A stretch of DNA of 64,000 nucleotides from Anaerohalosphaeraceae bacterium (GCA_963675525.2 CAXXSL010000013.1:320001-384000); one strand, 5' to 3'. Counted from the first letter of the stretch, positions 40,432 to 51,009 are shown. Numbers and translations: made by a program. The notes: generated by a model not told the origin, from the sequence alone.

Positions 40432-41829
40432 TTGCTAAAACGATATTTTGCAATTGTGAATTTCATCCGTATCGGAACCGACGTTGCCAGCATCGCAATA
40501 CTCTGGAATTTGGTCTATTTTATAAGGTTTTACACAGGCCTTTTTGACTACTCAACCATCCCTTCCTACCAACGACATTTGATATTATCTGTTCCCGTTG
40601 TGATTATTATGTATCTATGCAGACTATGGGTGGGCATCTATGAATCCATGCGAATCCAAAGCGCCTTTGAGCTGCTCAGAAAACAAATTGAATCCATTGT
40701 TCTGGGGTATCTTTTTGTTATTTTTTTCCTCTATTACAGCGAGAGCGTCCCCTATACAAGAGTTCTTTTGCTTCTATTTTTCATTTTTTTGACAACTGGC
40801 CTGCTGATTTCTCAAATGTTGACGGTTTTGATTCTGCGGTATTTCCGTTCGAAGGGTTATAATCAACGGTTTTACGGGATTATCGGAACGGGCAAAGCCG
40901 CATTAAAACTTTTGCATGACATCCGCAGGAATAGTTATTTCGGACTCCAGTGTCTTTTTTTTATTGACGACAAACCGCAATTGGAAGGGAAGCGATTGCA
41001 GGGAATCAGAATCTTCGGAGATATCAGTAAACTGCCTGAGATTGTCAAAGAAAACAAGATCGACGAGATTTATTTAGCCAAAAACGGGTCCGACACCACA
41101 ACAATCTACCCGCTTCTTGAAGAACTGCAATGCTCAGGCATCACGGTTCGGATTCTGCCGGACTGGAGCGGACTGACAGCATTAGGGAAAGCCTCCACCG
41201 TCACAATCGGCTCCAGTGTTCTTTTTGCGTCCTCAGATTGTACGCTTTCAGGAGCAAACAACATTCTCAAAAGCATTTTTGACCGTATGGTTGCGTTTAT
41301 TTTATTGTGTCTGTTTTGTCTTCCGATGCTGGTCATTGCAATATTGGTCAAACTTAGCAGTAAAGGTCCTTTTTTCTATAAACAAAAACGCGTTGGCATG
41401 GATCGATGTGTCTTTGAAATACTCAAATTTCGTACCATGGAAACCACACACACAGAAACTCCCGGCTGGACCGTCAAAAACGACCCACGCCGAACCAGAA
41501 TTGGAACTTTTCTACGGTCAACCAGCCTTGATGAACTGCCTCAATTGATTAATGTCATCAAAGGAGAAATGAGTCTTGTGGGACCCCGACCGGAGCAACC
41601 TCACTACGTCGAAAAATTCTCTGAAGAGTATAAGAGATATATGTTTCGGCATAAGGTTAAGTCAGGGATGACCGGCTGGGCACAGATTCATGGTTTTCGT
41701 GGAGATACTTCTCTTCGAAAACGTATTCAATATGATATTTACTATATTCGAAACTGGTCTGTCTGGCTGGACATTCTAATTCTTATCCGAACACCCTTTC
41801 AACTCATTAAGCACAAACATGAATATTAA
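40432..41829 (+). CDS. Undecaprenyl-phosphate sugar phosphotransferase (WcaJ-like)
   Basis: KFRTM, SLDELPQLINVIKGEMSLVGPRPE, GMTGWAQIHG, DIYYIRNWS. Confidence 0.92.
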   Translation: MLKRYFAIVNFIRIGTDVASIAILWNLVYFIRFYTGLFDYSTIPSYQRHLILSVPVVIIMYLCRLWVGIYESMRIQSAFELLRKQIESIVLGYLFVIFFLYYSESVPYTRVLLLLFFIFLTTGLLISQMLTVLILRYFRSKGYNQRFYGIIGTGKAALKLLHDIRRNSYFGLQCLFFIDDKPQLEGKRLQGIRIFGDISKLPEIVKENKIDEIYLAKNGSDTTTIYPLLEELQCSGITVRILPDWSGLTALGKASTVTIGSSVLFASSDCTLSGANNILKSIFDRMVAFILLCLFCLPMLVIAILVKLSSKGPFFYKQKRVGMDRCVFEILKFRTMETTHTETPGWTVKNDPRRTRIGTFLRSTSLDELPQLINVIKGEMSLVGPRPEQPHYVEKFSEEYKRYMFRHKVKSGMTGWAQIHGFRGDTSLRKRIQYDIYYIRNWSVWLDILILIRTPFQLIKHKHEY

Positions 41830-43315
41830 AAAAAAGACTTCGTGTTTAAGCCTATCGAGCGAAAAATATGTCTTTTTTTTGCTGATCCTGTTTTCATTGG
41901 GAATTGGCCTGTATCTGATCCTTTCCACCGTTCTCATCTCAAAAGACGGTGTCAGGTTCATCCAATTTGCACAGGCACTTCAGGAATGCCCGCGCAAGAC
42001 ATTGCTTGTCGAGTATCAACACCCGGGGTATCCTTTTCTGATTATAACCATGCAAAAACTTATCTCCGCCTTTGCCGGGACTTCCGTTGACAGTTGGCTT
42101 TTTTCAGCCCAGTTCACTGCTGTTTTGTTTAAAACATTGACACTGGCGGTTCTTTACGTTTGGGGTAAACGAATTACAGATTCGAAGTTCAAAAGTTTTC
42201 TTGGGGTCTTTATTCTTGCGTGCCTTCCTTTACCCGCTCATTACGGAAGCGACGCACTGAGCGACTGGCCCGCCCTTTTTTCCATCTCTTTCTGTCTGCT
42301 TTGTTTAGTCATTTCATCGCAAAAAAAACAACTTTTTCTGTACGGACTCATCGGTCTTGTCGGAGGCGCCGGATATTTAATTCGGCCCGAAGCCGGACAG
42401 GTGGTGCTTTATGCCTGCGGGACTGCAATTTATTTGTTCATCTCCGGGAAGATTACAGTGTTTCGCCTGTGCACAATGCTTTTCGTTGTCATTTTGTGCT
42501 TTACAATTACCACCGCACCTTACATGGTTTTAAAAAAATCAATCCTTCCCAAAAAAACACTTGTCAGGACGACAGATGCCGGCATTGACCATTCGACCGA
42601 TGAAACATCAACACCCCCTTGTCGCTATAACATATCTGGTTTTCAATTCGGTTCTTTTGCGGGCGGTTTTCAAAAACTGTTCAGTAATTTTGGCGAAACA
42701 TACATGTGGTATTTTACGCCCTTCTGGATTATCGGGATCATCAACTGGTTCAGACAGACGACATGCCGACTGAAGAAACTGCTGCTGACCGGCTTTATTT
42801 CTCTGAATGTCATCGTTGTGCTGATGCTCTATTATGCCTTTGGGTATATGAGTGACCGGCATACTCTGCCGCTGTTTGCAGTTACATTCATGTTTATTCC
42901 GATTGGACTTGATAAAAGCTCGTGTTGGATCGCACGGCAATACAACATAAAAAATGCCAATAAAATCTGCCTCGCCCTGGCGGCATTCGGTGTTGTGATC
43001 TGTATGCCAAAACTGCTTCGACCGCTTGGCAATGATAAACGTTTTTATAAAGACGCCGCACTCTGGCTGCGGAATAATGCCGGAGATGATGAGGTCGTCG
43101 CGGTCTGTGATCCACGGATAGGATTTTACTGCCGGAAAAAATGGGTGTTGCTAACCACAACCCAATATCAAAAAGCGGACTGGATTGCAGACCGTTTCGA
43201 AAAAGACCATCTGCCCGAAAATCCGATCCCTGAAAATCAGCATCTTAGACTGGTCAGGGAATTCGCCGGAAAAAAACGGAAGATCTGCCTTTTTCAGAAC
43301 GAGAGAACCATCTAA
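41819..43315 (+). CDS. GT-C fold (ArnT/PMT-like) membrane glycosyltransferase
   Basis: Multi-TM; SKDGVRF, HPGYP, LSD, YLIRPE motifs. Confidence 0.65.
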   Translation: MNIKKKTSCLSLSSEKYVFFLLILFSLGIGLYLILSTVLISKDGVRFIQFAQALQECPRKTLLVEYQHPGYPFLIITMQKLISAFAGTSVDSWLFSAQFTAVLFKTLTLAVLYVWGKRITDSKFKSFLGVFILACLPLPAHYGSDALSDWPALFSISFCLLCLVISSQKKQLFLYGLIGLVGGAGYLIRPEAGQVVLYACGTAIYLFISGKITVFRLCTMLFVVILCFTITTAPYMVLKKSILPKKTLVRTTDAGIDHSTDETSTPPCRYNISGFQFGSFAGGFQKLFSNFGETYMWYFTPFWIIGIINWFRQTTCRLKKLLLTGFISLNVIVVLMLYYAFGYMSDRHTLPLFAVTFMFIPIGLDKSSCWIARQYNIKNANKICLALAAFGVVICMPKLLRPLGNDKRFYKDAALWLRNNAGDDEVVAVCDPRIGFYCRKKWVLLTTTQYQKADWIADRFEKDHLPENPIPENQHLRLVREFAGKKRKICLFQNERTI

Positions 43316-43339
43316 GGATACCGGCTAAAATCGTTTTCA

Positions 43340-44266
43340 TCATTCCGCGGTTCTCGAATGTCTTTCCCACCAGAGGTGATTTGCGCTGAGTTTTTGATTC
43401 AGCCTTATCGGTAAGAGGTTGTGGTGTCTTCCAATTTTATAGCCCGTGTATTTGAGAAACAACCGAAGAAAGGCTGCAAGAAACAAGTGATATTTTTTTT
43501 GACTGCATAAAAAAGACAGCTCGGAACACAGATAATCGATGCCTTGTTTTTTGGGTTCTCCAAATTCCCTTAAAAGCCACTTCTCTGATTTGTGAAAAAC
43601 CCCCATATCAAAATACCGCTGAAAATCCTGTCGTATCGTATAATTATGAGAATGGTACACACACGATTCCGCACAATAACAAATCTTTTTGCCCCTTAAC
43701 AGCAGTCTTGCCGCCGCATGCATATCTTCGCCGAAAATTAATCCTTCTTTAAAGTACCCGATGGCTTCCAAGTCCGCTTTTCGATATGCCGCAAATGAAT
43801 TCGACAAAAAGGCTGCCTTAATCCCATACCGTAGTTTATCATCTACCTGATACGTCCGGGATGTTTCAGGATAATTGAATTGCCGCAGGTGCGATGCAAA
43901 AACGGACGCGTCAGAAGCCGGAATTTGACGGCCGTAAACCGCCGCAACATTATCATCTTTAAACGAATCGATTAAAGTCTGTATCGCCGTTGGAGCAACC
44001 GGGAGACTGTCCTGGCTCAGAAAAACAAGATACTCTCCGGCGGCGTGCTTGGCTGCCCGGCTGCGAGTACCCCCGTGGTCAAAATCACTGCGGGAGACAC
44101 TCAGAACCATCGCACGAAAAGACTGAGCAATTTCTACGGTATTATCCGTTGACGTTGAATCAATCACAATAATATCGCAACCGTTACCCTCCTGATTTCT
44201 GAGCGATGACAACAACTCCGGCAATAAACCGGCCGCATTAAAAGTGGGGATTATGATGCTTATCAT
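43340..44266 (-). CDS. GT2 glycosyltransferase, probable rhamnosyltransferase
   Basis: FDHGGTR, FLSQD, YGRQIP, FLSNSFAAYR, VYHSHNY, RYFDMG. Confidence 0.85.
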   Translation of the reverse strand: MISIIIPTFNAAGLLPELLSSLRNQEGNGCDIIVIDSTSTDNTVEIAQSFRAMVLSVSRSDFDHGGTRSRAAKHAAGEYLVFLSQDSLPVAPTAIQTLIDSFKDDNVAAVYGRQIPASDASVFASHLRQFNYPETSRTYQVDDKLRYGIKAAFLSNSFAAYRKADLEAIGYFKEGLIFGEDMHAAARLLLRGKKICYCAESCVYHSHNYTIRQDFQRYFDMGVFHKSEKWLLREFGEPKKQGIDYLCSELSFLCSQKKYHLFLAAFLRLFLKYTGYKIGRHHNLLPIRLNQKLSANHLWWERHSRTAE

Positions 44267-44278
44267 ATTTTTCTCGTA

Positions 44279-45208
44279 TTAAATAACCAAAAACATTCCG
44301 AGATTTCTTCGAAAGCCGGTTTTGAATATGCGGTGCTTCAATAAAACCTTGCGGCGTTCGAACCATGATAATTCTCTCCATCGGGAAAAATCGTAGACCA
44401 TTTCTCGGTATTTCGGCGGGAGAGAATCGCCGTATCTTTGGTAAAAAGCAGCGGCCTGATCAACATTTTGTACAAACCGTTTTCGCACCGCATCCATACC
44501 TTCCCGTTGACGCCTGAAGAAATATCGAAAGCCGTATTCAGAGGCCCCGTAGATATTAGATTCGTGCTGCCGATACAGCAAGGTCCGTTCATCCAGATAC
44601 ACGATTTTTCCAAATGCGGCGGCGGTTAAGCTGACCCAATGGTCATGCATGACCGCTTCGGGCGGGATCGGAGTACATATATCCGCCAGAGCACGGTTCA
44701 GCATCATCGTGCAACCGCTGGGGACATTTTGAAGCAGGAGGCGATTGAAGCCAACCTGTTTTGGATCGATATTTTGATAATCAAAACAGGAATCACTCAC
44801 ATTTTTGAGGCTCTCATTGACCACATGCATATCTGTAAAGACCAGCAGCGGACTATCTGAACCATACTGCTTTTCGGCCCGCTTCATCGCGGTCATTGTT
44901 TTCGATATTTTATTCGCGAGCCAGACGTCGTCGTGATCGCAAAACATCATATAAGGTGCGGCACTTGACAACAGCAACCGGGAGAAATTCTCACGGACAT
45001 CAGACCTTCCGGACGAAGGGAGTAGAATAATCCTCTCGGGATATTGGCTGCTGTACTTTTCAAGGATATCCAACGTGCTGTCGTCAGAGCCGCCATCACG
45101 AACCAAAAGGTGCCAATCGGTAAAATCCTGCTGATGGATCGATCCTATCATCTCCTCGAGATAGGGAAAGGAATTATAGGTTGCCAACAAAATATCAATT
45201 GTACTCAT
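44279..45208 (-). CDS. GT2 glycosyltransferase (RgpB-like)
   Basis: ILLATYN, RDGGSDD, FCDHDDVW, SGCTM, MHDHW, LYRQH. Confidence 0.85.
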   Translation of the reverse strand: MSTIDILLATYNSFPYLEEMIGSIHQQDFTDWHLLVRDGGSDDSTLDILEKYSSQYPERIILLPSSGRSDVRENFSRLLLSSAAPYMMFCDHDDVWLANKISKTMTAMKRAEKQYGSDSPLLVFTDMHVVNESLKNVSDSCFDYQNIDPKQVGFNRLLLQNVPSGCTMMLNRALADICTPIPPEAVMHDHWVSLTAAAFGKIVYLDERTLLYRQHESNIYGASEYGFRYFFRRQREGMDAVRKRFVQNVDQAAAFYQRYGDSLPPKYREMVYDFSRWRELSWFERRKVLLKHRIFKTGFRRNLGMFLVI

Positions 45209-45261
45209 TATTATTCTCGTATTCCAAACCGAATGATCACCCTATTGAATAAGATACAGGT

Positions 45262-46017
45262 CTAAGTACTTCCATTTTCTAATTCTAACCAGCCGGAGCA
45301 ATCCCACTCCAATAATCTTTCTAATTGTCGAATCTCGTATTCAAAAATATCCCTGAGAAACACCCTGTCGCTTTGTTTTAATGGAGACGAATAGGGTGTT
45401 GAATGAATCGATCGGTAATCATTTTGGGGGAATTTGCCTATGTTCAGAAAGCAAGAAACTTTGTTCAACACTTTCACCGGACTTCTTCTCAAGTCATCAT
45501 TATTGAGAATCAAGGTTTGGTGTTCAGAAAAATATGCCCATAACCTCCTCAATTGTTCCACATAAAAACCCCTGTCAATATAAGAATAAACTCGATGCTG
45601 AAAGGGCAACGCATTCCGACATCTACTTCGCTCATTCCTTATTGCTTCTGAAAAAGTAAGTGTATCAGCCCCCCGGCTTCTCTCCATATTCCAATGAGAA
45701 TATGCCCGGGTAATTGGATTTCGCAACAAGACAATTATCTTCATGTCTTTGTTATAATTCCAGACGCGTTCAATCGCATTTTTCCAATAAATGTAAATAG
45801 GGGTCGCCTCGCCCAACATCCTGCCTGAAGAGTCCGGACAAAAAAAAGAGTGGTATTTTGAATAATCGACTTGGGCACCCTGGAAATACTCTTCTGTGTC
45901 AAAAAAGTGTACTTCATCCGCGTCAGGAATACATATTTCAGGGTGATCTTTCAGATATGATCGTAAGGCAGAAGTGCCCGCTTTTTGGACTCCTGCAATA
46001 ACAAAATTTATTTTCAT
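45262..46017 (-). CDS. PAPS-dependent sulfotransferase (heparan-sulfate-ST-like)
   Basis: GVQKAGTSAL, EVHFFD, GEATPIY, LRNPITRAYS. Confidence 0.88.
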   Translation of the reverse strand: MKINFVIAGVQKAGTSALRSYLKDHPEICIPDADEVHFFDTEEYFQGAQVDYSKYHSFFCPDSSGRMLGEATPIYIYWKNAIERVWNYNKDMKIIVLLRNPITRAYSHWNMERSRGADTLTFSEAIRNERSRCRNALPFQHRVYSYIDRGFYVEQLRRLWAYFSEHQTLILNNDDLRRSPVKVLNKVSCFLNIGKFPQNDYRSIHSTPYSSPLKQSDRVFLRDIFEYEIRQLERLLEWDCSGWLELENGST

Positions 46018-46039
46018 GATCCCTTTACTTTCCCAAAAT

Positions 46040-47818
46040 TCAACGCATTGTTTCATTGCTTTTAAAATGGACTTTGCGGTTTTCGATAAATCGACTGCTA
46101 CGGATAAACCGAGGCAGCCGAAAATATATCTTCTTAATCACCGAACGCATCCTGGGACGATGCACCAACCTCTGTACCCCGCGAACGATATCGCCAACTT
46201 TTCTAAATAGCCACGTATAACGCCATGAATGAGACGCATAAACACTGTAAAGCTCCTCGCGATAACCGGCAATCAACCTGTCTTTTTCTGATATTGAGAT
46301 ATTCATTTCAGAAAGCGACAGATCCTTTTGAGAAATCACTTCCTCAAGATCAGTAACCTTTTGCTCCAACGCCGAAAGCGAAGCGGCCGCTTCCTGCAGC
46401 GACCGATCCTTTTGAGAAATCACTTCCTCAAGATCAGTAACCTTTTGCTCCAACACCGACAGCGAAGCGGCCGCTTCCTGCAGCGACCGATCCTTTTGAG
46501 AAATCACTTCCTCAAGATCAGTAACCTTTTGCTCCAACGCCGACAACGAAGCGGCCGCTTCCTGCAGCGACCGATCCTTTTGAGAAATCACTTCCTCAAG
46601 ATCAGTAACCTTTTGCTCCAACGCCGACAGCGAAGAGGCCGCTTCCTGCAGCGACTGATCCTTTTGGGAAACATCCGACTCAAGAGCGGCCACCTTCTGC
46701 TGTAACGCTAACAATAAAGAAGAAGACTCTCCGAGAGATTTTTCTTGCTGTACACATTTAAGCTCCAGGTCGGTTACCGTCTGTTTATGTAGACTTAGAG
46801 CATTGATTAATTCCTGAGATTCTGACTTCGCTTCAATTAGCTGATTCCCAATATCAGCTTTTTGCTCCTCTAATGTTTGGGCTTGGGCCTGGAGTTCTGA
46901 CATTTGCGATTTGACCGTGTTTACATAACTATAGATCGGTGCGGCCCAACTTTGGAGAAGATGGTCATCCGGCATGCCATCCAGCAGTCGGCGTGCCTCT
47001 TTAAGAGGCAACCTGTCCTTGTTCGCATGCTGTTTCATGCGGCTGTAAAGTTCAAATACATGGCCGTAATCATCCAGAAATGGTTCGGTCTCTGACTCAT
47101 CGATATCGTGGTGCCTGAGTTGTTTTTCAAGAAAGCTGTGTTGGTACTCTCTTAACCCCTCTGGATCGACTTCAACATCTATCAGCCGTCCGATTCGTTG
47201 CATCTCATGGGGCGGATCGGCCAAAAGTTTTTTGTATTCAACAATAATATTATTATCATCAGGCAGAGTCTTCAGCAAACGAAGATTATACCAAAACCAT
47301 AAATTCAGTGTATACTGCAAATCCTCACCGCATACATGAAATTCCGGAAACTGCTCATGACGAATTTTCTGAGAAAAAGCCACTTCCAATGGATGACGTA
47401 ACGCAATTACATGGAACAACTTGGACCCGAATTGATGGATTACATTTCCCCAAAACGGCAAAAGAACCGAAAATCGCGGGTCTTTCACACCCCAACACCG
47501 ACAATTACCATAATATTTATTAAGAATATGCAAGGCTTCTTGGCAGAATGAGTCAAATCGTGATTCGGAGAAATCAATTGCTTTCCCATAAAAAAGACTG
47601 TCCCATGATGAACCTAAATACCGAAGTATCTTTTCATTCAGATCGACTATTTCGATGTTTTCAAAATATCCTTTTGGGTTATCTTCTCCTTTATGATCAT
47701 CAACAGCTTGCATATTTACATCTAATGCGTATTGAACTCCGGCAGCCAACACCGACGTTCCTGATCGATGCATGCCTGAAATAAGAATTACTTTTTGGTT
47801 TGCTGTATTTGCCATCAT
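46040..47818 (-). CDS. Sulfotransferase-family domain fused to a long repeat-containing coiled coil
   Basis: GMHRSGTS, NPKGYFE, KDPR, RHPLEVAFS; heptad region; SHSWRYT motif and basic tail. Confidence 0.82.
   Translation of the reverse strand: MMANTANQKVILISGMHRSGTSVLAAGVQYALDVNMQAVDDHKGEDNPKGYFENIEIVDLNEKILRYLGSSWDSLFYGKAIDFSESRFDSFCQEALHILNKYYGNCRCWGVKDPRFSVLLPFWGNVIHQFGSKLFHVIALRHPLEVAFSQKIRHEQFPEFHVCGEDLQYTLNLWFWYNLRLLKTLPDDNNIIVEYKKLLADPPHEMQRIGRLIDVEVDPEGLREYQHSFLEKQLRHHDIDESETEPFLDDYGHVFELYSRMKQHANKDRLPLKEARRLLDGMPDDHLLQSWAAPIYSYVNTVKSQMSELQAQAQTLEEQKADIGNQLIEAKSESQELINALSLHKQTVTDLELKCVQQEKSLGESSSLLLALQQKVAALESDVSQKDQSLQEAASSLSALEQKVTDLEEVISQKDRSLQEAAASLSALEQKVTDLEEVISQKDRSLQEAAASLSVLEQKVTDLEEVISQKDRSLQEAAASLSALEQKVTDLEEVISQKDLSLSEMNISISEKDRLIAGYREELYSVYASHSWRYTWLFRKVGDIVRGVQRLVHRPRMRSVIKKIYFRLPRFIRSSRFIENRKVHFKSNETMR
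46321..46740 (-). repeat. 84-bp tandem repeat (4 near-identical copies plus 1 degenerate) encoding 28-aa coiled-coil units
   Basis: Units start with gatccttttg at 46321, 46405, 46489, 46573, 46657; SLQEAAASLSALEQKVTDLEEVISQKDR. Confidence 0.95.
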
Positions 47819-49941
47819 CTAGGATTTATTTTTTTATAATATATTCTTAACTTTTTTATTAACCCTCTGTAACAAACAGAAAAACGCAGTGTCATATATA
47901 CATTTTTTATTGTTTTTCGCCATGGGGGTTTCATTCCATTTTTTTTGCCTGACCCGGATACAACCTTGTTGACATTACCACTCTTTTTTTCGAGGTCTAT
48001 CGATTCTCTGCAATCGATAGACACAAGGATGCATTTGTCTCCCGGAACATCCGGATGCCAGGCCATGCTTTCAAAAACACTTAAAGATTCGACCTTGAAA
48101 TTCTTAAATAGCGTTTCATCGATTGTGTTGACATGTGAGGGAATTCGGTTGATTTCTTTGTACGGCGCTAAAATCAACGTAAACCCCTTACTAACACGAA
48201 CTAGTTGTTCGATAAATTGACGAGGGCTCGGAACATGCTCGATAACGGCGCTACATAATACGAAATCCCATTTTCGATCGGGAAGATCATATAGATCTTC
48301 AACAGTATAGTTCACTTTCGGATATACGGCCTGAACCCATCGTTTTCTGATCGGAGTATAATCAATCGCATCGATAATAATTTTAGAGTAGACATAGCGG
48401 TCTGAATGAAGACTTGCAAACACATTAGAGCCTGCACCGGAACCGGCTCCTACATCTAACATCCTTAACTGGTCTACACGCCTGTAATAACGTCTTAGAA
48501 GTCTATGAAATTCTGGTATACAATCTATTGCATATTGGATTGATTGCGCCCCCCAGCCATATTCATATTCAAGCCTGGATCTTTTGTTGTCAGGATCATA
48601 AACAACGTCTTTGAGTTTTTCAACAACGTCGTGCCACACCTTAATGAATTCATCAAATTCAAAATCGGTCAGTTTCGCAACATGAGGCAAAAGAAGCTTC
48701 ATCTCTTTGAACTTTTCAATAAGTTCTTTCGCGTCATGTGATAACACTTGACGCTCAGATTCCTTTTTAAAACCGATACCTTTCGGCCCAAGACCGTTTC
48801 GTTTACCAATTGCCTTAAACACCGGCCACCTTGACTTTGCTTTAAAACGTCCTATGAAACCCTGCATTAACACATGAGAGGCGAGACTGGAATCATTATC
48901 TTCAGACACTAAATTGCTAATAATTTTTTTGTAAAGAATATCGTAAACTTTTGGATACGTTTTTTTCAAAAAACCGCTGATTTCGTTTATTTTATCATTT
49001 GTCAATCCTTCATATGGTTTCCATGGATCATCAATATCCGGTATCGGATCATAGAAAAGCCGCCCGTCTTCCCGTCCTAGGTATTTTCTGGCTACTTCTT
49101 CATTGATATTTTGATACTGCCTGAGAAATTCAACGCGTTCCTTTGGGGAAAGCAAATCATGTTCTGAAAAGGCTCGATCGCTATCCTTACTGTTAGCGAC
49201 AGAAAATCCCACCAAGGCATTCACCAGACCCTGATTCTCTTTTTGGCTAAGCTGCAAACAATTTGCGTGATTTTTAAATTCCAATGCATCCCGAGATAAT
49301 TTTGGATTTGACGCTATTTTAGGCAAAACATACTCATTGGAAAGCTCAACACCTAATGAATATCTCAAAAAATCAGCAAAGATGTTTTCTTTATATAGTT
49401 GTTGCTTCTCGTAAGGTCTCACGATAATATTCTCCCGACCAAACTGTTCGCTCCATCTACACAGGACCGATTCATAATCCAAAGCAACTTTAACCTTGGG
49501 CAGAAACTCAAAGATATCCTTATAAAATTCATTTGTCACTTTTTGCTGTTGGTTATACCGTGACATTAAAGTCAAGTCCTGTCGCCGCACATAAGCCACA
49601 ATCTTAACATCAAATACATTTTGAAATTCCCTTAGTTTGCTCGCAAAATGTCCATGCCACATTAACTCGCTCGATAACAACACGTTGTCAAGCAAATTGT
49701 TAATTTGCCCAATATACTCTTGGGTTGATAGGATCTTTCCATATTGTTGCATGAATGGAGCGCGTTTCTCCTCTGGATAACAACTTGTCAACAAGCGATG
49801 ATGAGCATTATCATAAAATGCAATGTCCGGATAAATTATATTATGTCTATGAAAAATCTCCCTATTTAAACAGAAGAAATTTTGCAAGGCTGTTGTCCCG
49901 GTTTTGGGAGCACCTATATGGAAAACCAGTTTTTTTCTCAT
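47815..49941 (-). CDS. Sulfotransferase-like domain fused to class I SAM methyltransferase
   Basis: HIGAPKTGTTALQ, LSSE, YVRRQD; C-terminal LDVGAGSG, WDFVLCSAVIEHV. Confidence 0.75.
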   Translation of the reverse strand: MRKKLVFHIGAPKTGTTALQNFFCLNREIFHRHNIIYPDIAFYDNAHHRLLTSCYPEEKRAPFMQQYGKILSTQEYIGQINNLLDNVLLSSELMWHGHFASKLREFQNVFDVKIVAYVRRQDLTLMSRYNQQQKVTNEFYKDIFEFLPKVKVALDYESVLCRWSEQFGRENIIVRPYEKQQLYKENIFADFLRYSLGVELSNEYVLPKIASNPKLSRDALEFKNHANCLQLSQKENQGLVNALVGFSVANSKDSDRAFSEHDLLSPKERVEFLRQYQNINEEVARKYLGREDGRLFYDPIPDIDDPWKPYEGLTNDKINEISGFLKKTYPKVYDILYKKIISNLVSEDNDSSLASHVLMQGFIGRFKAKSRWPVFKAIGKRNGLGPKGIGFKKESERQVLSHDAKELIEKFKEMKLLLPHVAKLTDFEFDEFIKVWHDVVEKLKDVVYDPDNKRSRLEYEYGWGAQSIQYAIDCIPEFHRLLRRYYRRVDQLRMLDVGAGSGAGSNVFASLHSDRYVYSKIIIDAIDYTPIRKRWVQAVYPKVNYTVEDLYDLPDRKWDFVLCSAVIEHVPSPRQFIEQLVRVSKGFTLILAPYKEINRIPSHVNTIDETLFKNFKVESLSVFESMAWHPDVPGDKCILVSIDCRESIDLEKKSGNVNKVVSGSGKKNGMKPPWRKTIKNVYMTLRFSVCYRGLIKKLRIYYKKINPR

Positions 49942-49986
49942 TTTACTCACACAGCAGCAGAATATTGTAAACAAAAATTCAGTCTT

Positions 49987-51009
49987 TTAACTATTCACTC
50001 TTTGCACCCAAATATTTCCCCCGGAATTCTTTAAATATAATGGCATGTTTTTTCTGAAATATTCACTCTTTTTTTGACACAAATAATCTGCAAAGAATCT
50101 AATTTCAAAATCTTTGTTGAATTCCAAGAATGCGCGTAAAATATACGCCTCATTCCATGCCCTTCCTTCCTTTATCCAGTTTTTCGGGTATTCAAACGGC
50201 CAAAAAATATCATGAAAATGAACCAACACCCCCTTGCCAAGAGAAGGCATTATATCAAAAATTATCTTGTTGACATCACTGTTTAGTTTCGACACATGGG
50301 TTGAATCAACCAAAAGGATGTCATTTTCCTCCAAGTTGCAAAATATGTCCTTGTCAACTTCTTGTAACTTTTTTTCAATAATTGCATGCGTCTTGTCCTT
50401 GCCCCTGATCAATGAACGAAGAAGTTCGGGATAAGGCTCGATAAATGTCAAATTAATCCTATCATCAAAAAAATGTTCATTGGTATCTAAAATAACACAA
50501 GAAGAAAAACCCGAGCCGATTTCAATTATCCTTTGCGGGCTATAATGACGAATCATACAATATAATGTAAGAGCGTCACCGTACGAATATGCCGGGTTTG
50601 AGAAGTAATAACGGAAATTTTTTGCTCCTTCGCTCGGAAAAGGACACTCATCATAATACTTCTGGAATTGCCTTAACAACTCCATTTGCTTTTCAGTGTT
50701 CAAATGAATGCCGCATGGTTCTTGCTCTGTATGATTTGACGAAAGAAAAGTCCATCGCTCTTCCAGCGATGGGACCGCGGAATAAAAATGCCCGGATGGG
50801 ACAAATTCTTGCCCTGCGGTGGTAAGCTTAGATTCAAACTCTTCACAGGAAATAAATTTCAAGAGAACTTCTTCCCTTTGCATCCCCCCGTATTTAAGAG
50901 CATTCAGATAATGCTTTTTGCCTTTCGGATCAGGGGATCTCCTCAGCACTCTCTCGTAACAAATATTTATAAATTCTTCATCTGATAGACCGTTTGCTTT
51001 TTGCGTCAT
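49987..51009 (-). CDS. Class I SAM methyltransferase with N-terminal DUF4214-like helices
   Basis: YERVLRRSPDPKG; GHFYS, IIEIGSGFSS, DSTHVSK, HFHDIF, WNEAY. Confidence 0.8.
   Translation of the reverse strand: MTQKANGLSDEEFINICYERVLRRSPDPKGKKHYLNALKYGGMQREEVLLKFISCEEFESKLTTAGQEFVPSGHFYSAVPSLEERWTFLSSNHTEQEPCGIHLNTEKQMELLRQFQKYYDECPFPSEGAKNFRYYFSNPAYSYGDALTLYCMIRHYSPQRIIEIGSGFSSCVILDTNEHFFDDRINLTFIEPYPELLRSLIRGKDKTHAIIEKKLQEVDKDIFCNLEENDILLVDSTHVSKLNSDVNKIIFDIMPSLGKGVLVHFHDIFWPFEYPKNWIKEGRAWNEAYILRAFLEFNKDFEIRFFADYLCQKKSEYFRKNMPLYLKNSGGNIWVQRVNS

Noticed and set aside
46321..46740. 84-bp repeats as a CRISPR array
   Set aside because: No unique spacers, in-frame coding, no cas genes
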